A stretch of 64,000 bases of DNA. Source: Phaeosaccion multiseriatum. Its lineage: Eukaryota; Protista; Ochrophyta, other classes. The stretch is from the NCBI GenBank assembly GCA_965112735.1, contig OZ218961.1, positions 2,790,001-2,854,000 on the forward strand, given 5' to 3'. Shown in pieces: positions 23,170 through 35,513 of this stretch. A model generated the notes under the pieces. The model had not been told where the DNA came from. It searched no databases and saw nothing but the letters and a program-made list of their open reading frames with translations. Position 1 is the stretch's first letter, and every line of letters begins with the position of its first letter. The position numbers were made by a program, and so were the translations under genes.

Positions 23170-26100
23170 ATGACGCGACGCCGGTGCCGTTATCGTCCCG
23201 GAGCTCCAGCTGCTTTGGGGTACGTCCTCTTGCTAAGTGCAGGCGGCGACTATGGCAGTGGCAAGAGTGGTGCCGGAGTTGGAGTGGGCGCTCTTCGCGT
23301 GCCCCTCCCCTCTATCGATGGTATGCTCGAGGGCCTCAAGAGGCGGGAACGGAGGGCAGAGACCAAGCGAGTGGCGCGGCAGTGGGGCACGCCTGCCAGC
23401 CCCACATGGACGCCTGCTCACGTCGATCTCGGCAGCGAGGCGCTTGGACCTCAAGGAATGAGGCCGAAGGAGCCCACGCCCAACCACCCGCTCTTCCAGC
23501 GCGATCGGAAGGTCACGCTACGCAACATTGCGAAGCGGGCCAGAGAGGTAAGAGGTGACCCCCCTGAGACGGACGAGAGGAGATACGGGATGTATATCAG
23601 AGTATCAAGACAAAGAACGGGCGGAGCCTTGCCTCCTTCACCATATCGAGATTGGCTAGCTGGTCTTGCCCACCCCCCACAACGTACTTCCCCCTTCCCC
23701 CACCCCTCCCCAAACGCAAAGGTGGGCTTGTTTCGCAAGCCAGGCAACGAAAGTGCGTACGGCCCTGTGCGAAGGCGACGGGGGGTCTACAAGGACAGGC
23801 TGCCCTACGCCACAGGCGAGCGGAAGGACAATGAAATGGGCAAGGTTGTGGACAGTATCACTCGGCACGAGCGGCCCTTGCTAACGCTGACGGCTCTTCT
23901 GCTCCTCTCTTCCGCTGCGGTGGACGTGACTCTCCCTTACACCGTCACTCTTGCTCTAGACGGTACGTGAGGGGAAGGGGGGGCGGAGGGGGGTACTCAG
24001 TGAGAAATGGTTAAGAATGGGATCACGTAATTAGTCTCGTGGGGTTGGGAACACGAACGAAAGCAATACAGTCTGTCATCTCTACTTGTGTACCGACCAC
24101 TCAATCCCTCCTTCCACACCCCACCCCCCCGGCCTTCCTCCGTCCTTCCTCCGTCCTTCCTCCGGCCGCTCTCTCTCTCCCTCTCTCCCTCTTCTCTCTC
24201 GGTGTGCTCCTCTCTCCATCTCAGCGGCGTCTCCGGAGGTGGAGCAACAGGCGATGGGTATGGTTATCAAGCTCCTTGCCACAGTTGGCTCCCTCTCGGC
24301 GCTCTTTACTGGGGCCCGTCTGCTGTGCGCAAAGCTGCTGGCTTCGCGGATCGTGACCCGCGTCCGGAGCGAGCTGTTTGCAGCCCTTGTGAGTCTCGAT
24401 CAGACCTTTTTCGACACTACCGCCTCCGGAGAGCTTGTGAGTCGACTCGGGTTGGATACAGAGAAGCTCAGGAGAGTATTGAGTGACACGCTTCCCTCCC
24501 TCGTCTACCACGGCGTCCACATTGGCGGTTTGTTGGCAGTGATAGCACGCTCCCACGCGCAGTTTGCCTTCTTGCCGTATGCGTACTGTGTGCTCCACTT
24601 CCTGGTGTGTGGGCGGTGGTACGGGCGATTTCAGCGAGACATGAGCATTGCTGCACACGACCACATGGCCACTAGCGCAGCCGAGGCAGACAACACCTTC
24701 CGATTCATGCCGGAGGTGAGGGCGCAGGCGGGGCAGAAGCAGGCGCTGAATCGCTACAACCGAGAGCTCCGAAAGGCGCTCAGCTTCCAAGAGGCGCACG
24801 ACTGGGGCAGCAGTGCCTACAAGGCGATTTCAGTGGTGCTGGCGGTAGGGCTCCAGGCGTCGGTGGCAGTCTACGGCTCCCGTATGGTGCGAAGCGGCAA
24901 GGTGACCTTTGGTAGCTTCGGATCGCTCTTCTTGTACACCACCAAGCTGGTGCAGAGCTGTAACGTCATGGGAGAGAGGTACTTGGAGATGAAGAGCGCG
25001 GCAGGAGCCACGAGGGAGGTGTTTGCCCTCAGTGGCCTCGACCCCGGCATGCGAGTGCGCCCCTTGGGTGAGAGCATTGAGCATTGGCGAAGGTCTGGCG
25101 GTGGGAAGCAGCAGCTCTCTGCCGGAAGTAGCAGCAGTAGTAGCAGCAGTAGGAGCAGTAGTAGTATTGGAGGGATGAGCTCGGCTATGCCGGGCAGCGC
25201 GCGCGACCGGAGGAAGGGGCCGGCCATCGTGTTTGAGAACGTTGTCTTGTCGTACAGCAGAGACGGGCAGCAAGACGCCTTCGACGCCTACAAGCGGAGA
25301 GTGAGGAACGAGGCCCTTGCCGCTTCAGCTGCTACTCGACGAGCGGCATCATCAGTGTCCGGTGGAGAAGGGCAGCAGCTGCAGCAGCAGCAGGAGGAGG
25401 AGCAAGAGGAGGAGGAGCAAAGCCACGCACGGAGGGGGCACAGCGACGGAGAGCAGCTCAGAGGGCTGACTCTCAACGTGCCGCCCGGGGAACGTGTGGT
25501 GCTCGTCGGAGAGGCAGGGTCAGGCAAGTCCACCATTTTGCGAGCGTTGGCAAGGTGGTACGATCCGGAGGAGGGAGCAGTGTCCATTGGAGGGAGGGAT
25601 GTGCGCTCCTTTGAGAACGGAGAGCTTGCTTGCGAGATGGCGATGGTGAGTGAATGAGTGGAAGAAGGGAGGGAGGGACGGAGGGACGGAGGGAGGGAGG
25701 GAGGGAGGGAGTAAGTAGGTGGGGGAGAGAGTGACGGAGTGACTGAGTGAGGGTGAGGGCGTGAATGAGTGATTGAGTGAAAGAGTGAGTGGTTTTATCG
25801 CCCCACTCGAGTATATCCTACTCTCTATATACTCAATCAATCGTACGTACAACCAACAGGTCACACAGGAGACGGCCTTGCTCCCAATGTCAGTGGCGGA
25901 CAACATCTACTGCGGCCTGGCGAATGTGCTGGAGAGGGAGGAGGAGGGGGCGGAGGGGGGGGGGGGGGTTGCCACGATTGGGCAGGGGGGAGCAGGGGTC
26001 GGGCTTGGAGGAGAGGCACAGAGGATGGCAGAGCTGATAGCACAGCAGCTTGATAAGGCGGAGGAGGGGGTTGGAACAAGAGTAAGAGGCGACGACGAGG

Positions 26101-26389
26101 AGGAGGAGGAAGAGGGCAATGAGGAGGAGGAGGAGGAGGAGGACGATCTCCACTTGGCGCTGCAGGAGTCAAAGGCCGTGTTGGATGCATCGTGGCGGAA
26201 GAAGGAGGCAAAGATGGAGGCACGACGACGAAAGAAGCGACGACTTGTGGAAGCAGCGGCCAAGGCGGTGGGGGCGCACGACTTCATCGTGAACCTCCCA
26301 CAGGGCTATGACACAATGGTCGCAGAAACGGCCTCCTGTGTCGCCCCCTCCGAAGCTGTAGTCACCCCCTGGAGCAGCAGCAGCAGTAG

Positions 26390-26438
<49 letters not shown>

Positions 26439-26699
26439 GACAGTAGCAGCAGTGACAGTAACAGCAGTGACGGTAGCAATGAAGGGAGAGAGGGACACAC
26501 ACAGGGCCTGTCGCTGGGACAGAAGCAGCGCATCGCCCTCGCTCGGGCCTTGATCGTGGAGCCTGCGGTGCTACTCCTTGATGACCCGTGCTCCGCCCTT
26601 GACAACGCGAGCAGGGCGGAGGTGATGGCCGCCGTTGACGAGTAAGTACCGGACTTGGTTTCTCTCGTCCTGTCTGCCCCTCGACCCTCCCGCGCCTGC

Positions 26700-26751
<52 letters not shown>

Positions 26752-27296
26752 GCCGCTGCTGCTGCTGTCTTCTTCTTTGCTTGGCCAACGATGGGACTGC
26801 ATCAAACCAATGCCTGCCCCTTCCGTCCGCCCCATGTACCTCACGTGCCCCCCTCTACCCCACCCTACCCCGCCCTACCCTACCCCACCCTGCCCTACCC
26901 CACCCCTCTCCTTTCCTTTTCTCTCCCTCTCTTCTCTTCAGGGTGGCCCGTAAGCGTGGCACGACGGTCCTCCTGAGCTCGAGCAGTGCTGTTCCGGAGG
27001 TGTGTCCGTGGGTGCAAGACAGCGATATGGTCGCGGTGGTTGAGAACGGTCGAGTTGTGGAGGTGGGGCAAAGGGCCTCACTTCTCACAGACAAACCCAA
27101 CGGCTTCTTCGCCAGGATGGTGAAGAGGCAAAGGGGAGGAGGAGGAAGTGAGGAGGCAGGAAGCGGGGCATGGGGAGGTCGGCATTCTGTAACGCTGTCT
27201 TCTTCTTCGGAAGGCGACGAGCAGACGAGCAGTGGAACAACTGCCACCAGCACCACCACAACCACCACCACCAGCAGCAGCAGCGTGCCACAATGA
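23170..27296 (+). CDS. ABCB/TAP-like half transporter with a degenerate nucleotide-binding domain
   Basis: TMD motifs [28 protein letters not shown]. Walker [11 protein letters not shown]-loop MV|TQE, signature [15 protein letters not shown], Walker [13 protein letters not shown]-terminal [15 protein letters not shown]...[10 protein letters not shown]. Four exons; start codon uncertain. Confidence 0.88.
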
Positions 27297-27985
27297 AAAA
27301 GGCCTCTTCAGTGTGTCGGAATCGTTTGTTGAAGGCTGTACGGCCTCTGCCACCAGGCCATGTGTGGCGATATTTTCCAGTGTGCGTCAGTGTCACGTAC
27401 TTGTTGGATGGAAGAGCAGTGTGGAGCCAATAAAGACACAGGACTCTCCACACAAAGCAAATACGTTACGCTTCTTCAATCCTTCCAGCATGTCTCGTGT
27501 CTAAAAAGTGTAAAATTAACAAGAAAAAAAACTCTCTATCGTACGATACGTCTAAAACAACCCACAGCTCCTTCAACCCCAAGTGTTGGTGATCTAATGT
27601 CTGCTGCAGAACCACAGCCCTCAAACTTCTTGCCTTCCTCCCCTGCCTGACTGCACCGACGCACAAGACGAGGCATCACGGGGCTCGGGCTACGGGGGGC
27701 TGCGGTGCTGGTGGGCCAACGCTATCACACAGCACAGCCGAGTACCTTCCGATGCAACTTTGCGTCCTCGCCTTGACCTTTGCCCGTCGCTGCCGACATT
27801 GGGTAGGCACCAACGGTGCATAGAAATTTGCTGTCTCTCTCTCTTCCTCACTGTAAAGCTAATTTTGAAGGCGCAAGTGCGACGCTTCAAATGAGTGGGT
27901 GCTCGGCTGCCTTGCCTTGCCTGCTGCAACCACTGCTTATTCTCCACACCCCCCATCCACCCGCTTAGACTGAACGGATCCAAAC

Positions 27986-29053
27986 TCACGCCTTGTCCAC
28001 GAGAATGTACGTGAGAAGGCCCTGCTGACCCACCAGCACCTCCCTGGCTAGCGAGAGCAAAAACACCCACACAATGGGGCTAATATCCACCCCAAAGGCG
28101 GGCGGCACAACGGCCCTTGTGGGCTTGAGAATGGGCTCAGTGGGCCACGCAACGATGTTATAGGGAAGTTTGTTGAGGTCCGCGGCAGGGTACCAAGAGA
28201 GCACGATGCGGCACACAAATGCAAACTCAAAGAGCCTGGAAGGGGCGTGGGAGCGGGTGGGCAGGGACGGGGTAATGAGGGGCATTGTTGGACTGCGTGA
28301 GTACCTCAGTAGCAGCAGAAGGGGAAATTCACATGCCCTGCTCGACTTGTTGCTTCCCCGCGATGCACATGGGAACTTACAGTAGTAAAGGGTCGATGAC
28401 AACGCGGGTCGGAATGACCCAGTCCGGAGTTTCTGCCATGGCCGGAGAAGCGGTTGTCAGCACAGCCAGAGACAGAGCCGTAGCACCAGCCGCCCCGGTC
28501 GACAGGAAGGGCAGCTGTGAGCGTGAGCGGGCGGCTGCTGCTGCCTCGAATCTCTCCTGCATTGGCGCAAAGTCCCCGTCTGCTCGTCCTGCTGTGCACT
28601 GGTGTCCCTCCTCGTTCTCCTCCTGCTGCTGCTGTTCTAGTCCACTCAACTTCATGGAGCAGCAGCTGCTTTTGTGACGAAGCGAGGATGTCCTCCTCGA
28701 TGAGATGGGGAGACTTGTGCCTCCTAGCCTCATGCTGTTGCTACCCACAGTGAAGGCTGACTCAGGAGGGGCAGAAGGGTGGGTGGGCGACAGGACATGG
28801 AGGGGTGGCAGGGAGAGAAGTTAAAGTCGACATGAGTGTGCTGAGCTTCAAGAGTGCAAGAATTGTAGGCTGCTGTGCTGCCGCTTGTTGATACCCACGC
28901 AGTACTAACGTGGAGTCAATCCATCGTGAGGCAAGGAGTTGATTTGCTGCGATGAGTTTTATCCCTAGGGACTCAACCCATCTACTCACCAGTTGCCGTC
29001 TCCAGGAGCATGGCAGCCACTCCTACCGACGCGGTCACCCGGCATAGCTTCAT
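27986..29053 (-). CDS. CCB3: YGGT-family protein CCB3 (cytochrome b6 heme ci assembly), plastid-targeted
   Basis: MKLCRVTASVGVAAMLLETAT|AF presequence. Mature part FVCRIVLSWYP...PTEPILKPTRAVVPPAFGVDISPIVW...EVLVGQQGLL matches the CCB3 type of YGGT. Confidence 0.87.
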
Positions 29054-29177
29054 GTCTTTCAAGGAGGGAGAGAAGAGAGGGGTGGAAAGGAAAGAGAGAG
29101 ACACCTTCCAGTGCCATCGGCCCAGTCGCATGCAATAACTGGCGCCAGTGCAGGCGCAACTCTCTTTCGATTGCGCG

Positions 29178-29870
29178 ATGGACAGGCTGGAGGGCACTGT
29201 GAGCATCTGTAGAACCGTCCAGGCCACCTTGGGAAGGAGGACGAGAAGGAGTAGAAAGAGGCCGAGGGCAGTGGAGGGGGCTGGCCGACTCCGACGCTCG
29301 TCACTATGGAGCGGGTTCGCTCTCGTCTCCACGTCCTTGCTGCTGCTGAGCCCGAGCAGCTGTAGCAGTAGTAGCGCGACCAATGACGTGCAGAGGTCCC
29401 CTTATACTTCGCCCATGCTCCCAGGCGCCAGCAGTGGCGGTCGGGGGGAGGGCGGGACGGCAACGACAACGAGAGACCCACCCATCGACTGCAGTACCAG
29501 AGATGGCGGCGTCTCTCCACGCCCGCCGTTGAAGCCTGCGACGATGGACTTCTTCCGAAGCATCGACGGCAACAACGACGGAGTGCTCGAGCCCAGTGAG
29601 CTGCGAGACTTTGTGGCCCACGACGTGGGTGGTGTGAACCTGGATGAGAAGCTCGAGGTGGACGCTGGCGTGAGCATGATGCAGCAGCACTTGGACACCG
29701 ACCTCGACCAGTCTATCACGCTCAAGGTAGGTTAGCTTCTTGGTCTCCACTCACATCTGCTTTTCTTTTCCGTCTCACAGTATGTTACACGTGTAGCACC
29801 TACGTGACCCCCATTCCTCCTTGCTGCGCTTCTCACTGCCACCACTATTGCTGCTACTCTTCTTCATCTG

Positions 29871-29911
<41 letters not shown>

Positions 29912-30201
29912 CCTACTCCTCCTACTACTACCGCTACCACTTGCAGGATATGGCCCAGTGGGCCAGTAAAGTGGGTAGCGTGGTGAACGTGGCTGAGGCA
30001 GCGCGTTGGGCCGTATACGGGGTGCTCGTGCCTGCGAGTCTTCAAGAAGCGCAGCGATGCGATGCGGAGGTCGGGGCGGCGTTTCGCATGAACGGAATCT
30101 CCGGTTTTGACTTTCCAGAGCTAATTGGGAACGGGGGAGAGAAGCTGTACTATGATTACGGCATTACGCGGCCCGCCAGTCGGAGGCGTATCGTTAGGGT
30201 A

Positions 30202-30248
<47 letters not shown>

Positions 30249-32659
30249 CGTGAACATGGCTCACGCAGAAACTCATGTAACGTACAGTTGATCATTCCCT
30301 GCCCCCGTTCATTGCACTACCCCTTGTGGTTTGCCCCGCCCACAGGCGATCCAAATTAAGCTGGCGGGCATCGGGACGGAGCCCTCCACCCCCGTCGCTC
30401 AGGCGGATCCGACGTCATCCAATCACATACGCACCTCGTGGGATGTGCCAGAGTCGCTCAACGCCGCCACTGGACGGGGAAGCAACCCTTTCCCCACTCA
30501 CACCTTTGTGCTGGAGCGGAAAGTGCTGCCACCCTCGCTATACGAGGGAACGGGAGCAGGCGGAGGCGGAGGCCTCGGAGGGGGGGTGGTAGGGCGGGTG
30601 GATGAGAGCGGTGGTGGTGGTGGTGGTGCCGGCGCTGGTGATGGGGGAACGGAGGATTGGGATGCCATTTACGTGGGCCCTGCCGGACATTTTATCGACA
30701 AGGACGTGGAGGAAGGTATCATGTACTACTACAGAGTGGAGGTGAGTGAGTTAGTAAGGGAGGGAGGGAGTTATTGAGTGGATGAGTGAATGAGTGTGTT
30801 TGTGTGTGTGAGTGAGTGAGTGAGTGAGTGTATGGGCGGGCGAGTGAGTGAGTGAATGAGTGAATGAGCATGTGAGTGAGTGAGTTGCGTGAGTTAGTGA
30901 GGGAGTTAGTGAGGGAGGGAGGGAGGGAGGGAGGGAGGGAGGGAGGGAGTGCGTGCGAGCGTGAGTGAGGGATGGAGTGTGTGGCTGCGACTGACTACTC
31001 ACCGTGCTCCCTCATCCTTGCTCTCTGTCTTCTCACCCCGTCTGTGCCTGCTCTCGCGTGTTGTGGCAGGCGTGGAACATCATCGGTCATAGCGACTACG
31101 TGTATTTCAACGCTCAGCTTCCGAACCCATCACACACCAGCAACAGCAGTAGCGGTGGCGTGGATCTCCGCTCTTCGTGGGAGGATGAAGCGCCAGTGCT
31201 CGGCGCCGCCACCTCCCCCCCTGGCAGTCATTTCCTCTCCTTTTGGCGACCACAGAGGTCGTCTGACTACTGGATGAGGAGCGAAGGGAGCATTCTGCAT
31301 GGCGGTGATGGGGACGGAGAGGGAGAGTACATACGTCGTGGGGGGGGGGGCGGCAGGGGAGATGGTAGCAGCCGTGTCTACATTGATCTTCAAGCTGCCT
31401 TCGATCTCTTATGGAGTGTGATCAAGATTGCGGGAGTAGCCTTGGTGCTCCTGTACTCGGTCTACGAGACGATGAAGGTGAGGAAGCTGAGGGAAAGATA
31501 CAGCCGCGGAAGAGACAGCTTCGGGATTGGGATTCCTGACTCTCCGGGAGATTTCTCTCCCCGCGGGGGAGGTGCTTATTACGCTAGTGGCATGGACGCT
31601 GCTGGGTTTCCTTCCGCTTCGGGGGACAGCATCCTTGTGTCTCAGACTCAGCAACAGCAGCAGCAGCAGCAGCAGCAGCACCAGCAGCGGTTGGAGCGAA
31701 TGGGGTCTTTTTATGGCGGCATGCCCTTCCTGGGAGGAGGAGGAGGAGGAGGAGGAGGAGGAGGAGGAGGAGGCGATGATGTGTATGGTCCCCACCCCCA
31801 CTCGCAGTCGTCCCAGCTGCTCGCATTTGGTGCGGCAGGCCTCCCACCAGGCTTGGGCGTGAGTGAGCGGCTGGCACTTGCTCAGGAGGGCGGCGGGGGC
31901 AGCAGGAGTACCCGCGGCAGCTTGGACGGTAGCAGCAAGGATGGTGGTACTCCGTATCTTCATGCGGGGAAGGATCCTCACATAGGTCACCACCACATGA
32001 TGCCGCTTCTGCGACAAGGGGGCGAAGTGGGGGAGCCCTCTGGCGGCAGCAGACTTTTGAGAGGAGGGGAGGATGCCCCAAAGTCCGGCTTATTTCGACG
32101 GAGGCGGAGAGCTTCTATGCAAAGCGCTGATGCAGCGGCAACGTCGTTTGACCTGGCCACAATTCCTGACGATGCCAGCGTACAGGATCCTGGGCCACCC
32201 CGCGGACGGGGTGGAGCGGTCGAAGGATGGGAGCCGAGCGACGCAATGGATCCGTTGGGCTCCTCTCTTTCTTCTGGTTCTGCTTCTGCTTTTGGTTCTT
32301 CCTCCTCGTCTTCTCATTCGAGCAAATGCTTCAGCTGTCTGAAAACCTTCCGCCACTTCAAGCGCAAGGCTCACACATGCCGGAGCTGCGGGAGCCGCTT
32401 TTGTCAAAAGTGTGGCTTTACGTGCCACACCTCCTGGTCCAAGTGCAGAGGGCTGTGCCTGTGTGGGGTGTGCGCCGAGCAGGGACTGACTGTACTCGCT
32501 TCGGCGGAGCACCAGGAGCACCAGCAGCAGCCGCTGCCGGACCAGCAACAGGACCAGCAGCAGAGGCTTCTGCGCCTTCGGCGAGTGAGTAGCGACAGCC
32601 TCGGAACGTCACCAGAGCCCGCGTCTGCTCGTCATTGGGACGATTTGAGCATCAACTGA
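29178..32659 (+). CDS. STIM-like membrane protein: signal/anchor - EF-hand pair - SAM - FN3 - TM - low-complexity linker - FYVE-like zinc finger
   Basis: Exons 29178-29726, 29947-30198, 30346-30741 and 31070-32659 join in frame. EF loop DGNNDGVLEPSE; second loop DTDLDQSITLK|D; SAM VAEAARWAVYGVLVP...AFRMNGISGFDFPEL...GITRPASRRRIVR; FN3 IRTSWDVP...YYYRVE|AWNIIGHS; TM LLWSVIKIAGVALVLLYSVY; CxxC..RKAHTCRSCG..FCQKC..CGVC. Confidence 0.8.
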
Positions 32660-32926
32660 TGATGGGCGACTTTCTCCTTCACGCTAACATTCCCGCTCTT
32701 CCCAGCCATCAGAATGGCCATGCACTCTAGCGCTTGAGTAGGGGATTTAGGGGCCTAGTGCCGTAGCGAGGCTACAAACTACACATAATAAAGCCCCCTT
32801 CAGTGACCACCTCCAGGCCCACCAAGCGCATATTGTCCTTTGCACAGGCAAGGGCATCACTGTCCGTGTCCGCGAACACGTTCCTCCCCTTCTCCTCGGA
32901 GATTTAGAAAGCAGCATGGAAGGAAA

Positions 32927-33515
32927 TGAGTGATTGGGTGGGTGGGTGGGTGGGTGAGTGCGTGAGTGAGTGAGAGAGTGCGTGCGTGCGTGCGTGAGTG
33001 AGTGAGTGAGTGAGTGAGTGAGTGAGTGAGTGAGTGAGTGAGTGAGTGAGTTAGTTAGTTAGTGAGTAAGTGAGTGAGTGAGTGAGTCAGTGAGTGAGTG
33101 AGTGAGTGAGTGAGTGAGTGAGTGAGTGAGAGAGTGAGTGAGTGAGTGAGTGAGTGAGTGAGTGAGTGAGTGAGTGAGTGAGTGAGTGAGTGAGTGAGTG
33201 AGTGAGTGAGTGAGTGAGTGAGTGAGTGAGTGAGTGAGTGAGTGAGTGAGTGAGTGAGTGAGTGAGTGAGTGAGTGAGTGAGTGAGTGAGTGAGTGAGTG
33301 AGTGAGTGAGTGAGTGAGTGAGTGAGTGAGTGAGTGAGTGAGTGAGTGAGTGAGTGAGTGAGTGAGTGAGTGAGTGAGTGAGTGAGTGAGTGAGTGAGTG
33401 AGTGAGTGAGTGAGTGAGTGAGTGAGTGAGTGAGTGAGTGAGTGAGTGAGTGAGTGAGTGAGTGAGTGAGTGAGTGAGTGGTGAGTGAGTGAGTGAGTGA
33501 GTGAGTGAGTGAGTG
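32927..33515. repeat. Long intergenic (TGAG)n microsatellite (~0.55-0.6 kb)
   Basis: Directly visible; nearly perfect from about 32995. Confidence 0.98.
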
Positions 33516-33911
33516 ATCAGGTTGGCGGAATCTCCACACATTTATTTTTTTAAACCGTAACCGCAACTGCATTCTGAAAACCCTCAAGGGCAAGTGTCAG
33601 CATCTTGGTGTCAGGGTTGGATGTCCCAAAACATGTACGACAACAATAAAGCAAAAAAGCCAGATGCTGCACCTGACGTGCAGGCACAGAGAATAAAAAG
33701 ATTTGCTTTGATTCTAAGCCATATGTCGCGTGTAAGAAACCAACCACGACAGAACAAACAGCAAAGGAGAAAGAAGGAAAAGGAGCACCACCGTGCCCTC
33801 TTGTGGTCACCTAGAGCGTCTCTATCGGAGAGGAGGACAGTTATTTCTCTTCAGTTGAACCACCACAATTAAGTGGGTTGCGTAAGGGATCTTGGAAGCG
33901 AGTGTGGTACA

Positions 33912-34694
33912 ATGTTTCGGCATCCTTTCCACGGGAAGCCTGAGGGCAACTCAGCAGCAGCGCCCAGACGGATCAACACCAGAGACCAGCGGCACGCAAA
34001 TGGAGCCAGGTCTCGCAAAAGACCCAGACTCGAGGCATTCAAATCTCGCGAAAGCCAAGCTGAGAGGAAGGAGGAGGAGGACGACGAGGAGGACGAGGAG
34101 GACGAGGAGGAGGAGCACCAATCGAGCGAGGAGGACCGTCACAGACGAAAGCAGGGGCAGCGGGGTGCTGTGGCGACGTATCCTCCCCCACCATCTTCTG
34201 TCTTGCCAATGCGGCGAAACGCACGTGACCAAGAAGGACGAGGAGGTCATCAGTGGACGGCGACGCCGCTCCGGCCCTCCTGCCCAGCCCTCAGCCTAAC
34301 TCCTTATTCGTTGGGGGCCCCTCGACAACGCAGCATGTCTGAAGGGGATTCTGCATCTCACATCAAGGGCCCCTCGTCCCGTGGCAACCGGAATCGAACT
34401 TTCTTCGCCGCAGGTGATGCGTATTGTGAGGCGGCCATTGGGGTTGGAGACGAGACGGGTATCATCACCAGCAGCAACGGCTGCAGCAGTAGTGGCAACA
34501 CCAGCAGTAGCGGTAGCAGAAGCGGCAGCGTCAGGGGTAGCGGTAGTGGCAGCAATGGCTGCAGCAGCACCCCATCATGCACCAGGCCCATTCGCCATGG
34601 GAGCAGCGTTCGCCCGTCCTTGAGTTCGATGAGCGCGATGGATGATTCCGTGGAGGCGGAAGAGCCTAACGATGTCAAGATGAGTGGGCAGTAG
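33912..34694 (+). CDS. Hypothetical low-complexity protein (acidic and Ser/Gly-rich, basic NLS-like RSRKRPR)
   Basis: ATG-initiated 260-codon ORF with E/D and S/G runs like those in coding regions of this genome. No recognisable domain. Confidence 0.4.
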   Translation: MFRHPFHGKPEGNSAAAPRRINTRDQRHANGARSRKRPRLEAFKSRESQAERKEEEDDEEDEEDEEEEHQSSEEDRHRRKQGQRGAVATYPPPPSSVLPMRRNARDQEGRGGHQWTATPLRPSCPALSLTPYSLGAPRQRSMSEGDSASHIKGPSSRGNRNRTFFAAGDAYCEAAIGVGDETGIITSSNGCSSSGNTSSSGSRSGSVRGSGSGSNGCSSTPSCTRPIRHGSSVRPSLSSMSAMDDSVEAEEPNDVKMSGQ

Positions 34695-35252
34695 TGGGGA
34701 GGGGGGTGGCCGTGAGCACGCAGAGATATAGATACCATCCACGCCTCTGCTCTTGGTCCGCACCAGCAAGGCCCAGAGCCAAGAGAAGCAAGTAGTGTAG
34801 GGCACCATCTGTGCAAAGAATAGGCGTAAAGGGGGGGGGGGGGGTGGCTTGTAGTGTAGGGAGGGAGAGAGATTACAGCAATTGGTGAGGAGCAAGTTTA
34901 GGTGGTGGAATAGTGGAGGAGCAGTGGCCAATATACACATGCGCTGTTCACTCGAGCGTTATTCAGCCCTCACTTCCAGCGGTGCTGGGTGCTTCTGCCG
35001 AGAGGGAGCACTAATCCTGTGTCGGTTTTTAGGCTCTAGTCTCTCTGCCGAAGAGAGTCCCCTCCGAATGTAAGAATTAATAGAATCCCTTAATTGTAGT
35101 AAGAGTCTCTCTATTTGGTGGTTTCCCTCACTATATATCTACTCGCTTCCCGCAAAGCCCTCCATTCGCCGCCGATTCTCCCTCCGCCTGCCTCTTACCC
35201 TCCCCCTCTGCTCGTGGCTGGCGTTGTTGGTGGTGTAGGTGAGAACCCAGAA

Positions 35253-35369
35253 TCGACCTTTGACGTGCTATCGACCACATTCTCGAGCATGCTATCGGCT
35301 GGGGGGCAGCCGATAGCAGATAGCACGCCGGCTCACGCTGGCGATAGCAGATAGCACGTCAGAGGTCGA
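35253..35369. mobile_element. Miniature TIR element (MITE) A, 117 bp, 20-bp TIR, 6-bp TSD CCAGAA
   Basis: Left TIR TCGACCTTTGACGTGCTATC, right TIR GATAGCACGTCAGAGGTCGA (19/20). CCAGAA at 35247-35252 and 35370-35375. Confidence 0.85.
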
Positions 35370-35513
35370 CCAGAAAGCCAGGGGCTTTGCAGGCCAAAAT
35401 TCAAAATTCCACCCACCTGCCTGCCACCGCATTTGAATAAGGCCGCGCATTGTTCTTCTCCTTAGATGTCGCTCAGGCGCCACCCCATTCGGCCTGTAGG
35501 ACTCCCGAGAGGA

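Noticed and set aside
33059-33593. ORFs made of (THSL)n, and similar PTYL, PYPTL and CV ORFs at 3943, 6186, 11543, 21254 and 44272
   Set aside because: They are translations of microsatellites in introns or intergenic DNA, not proteins.
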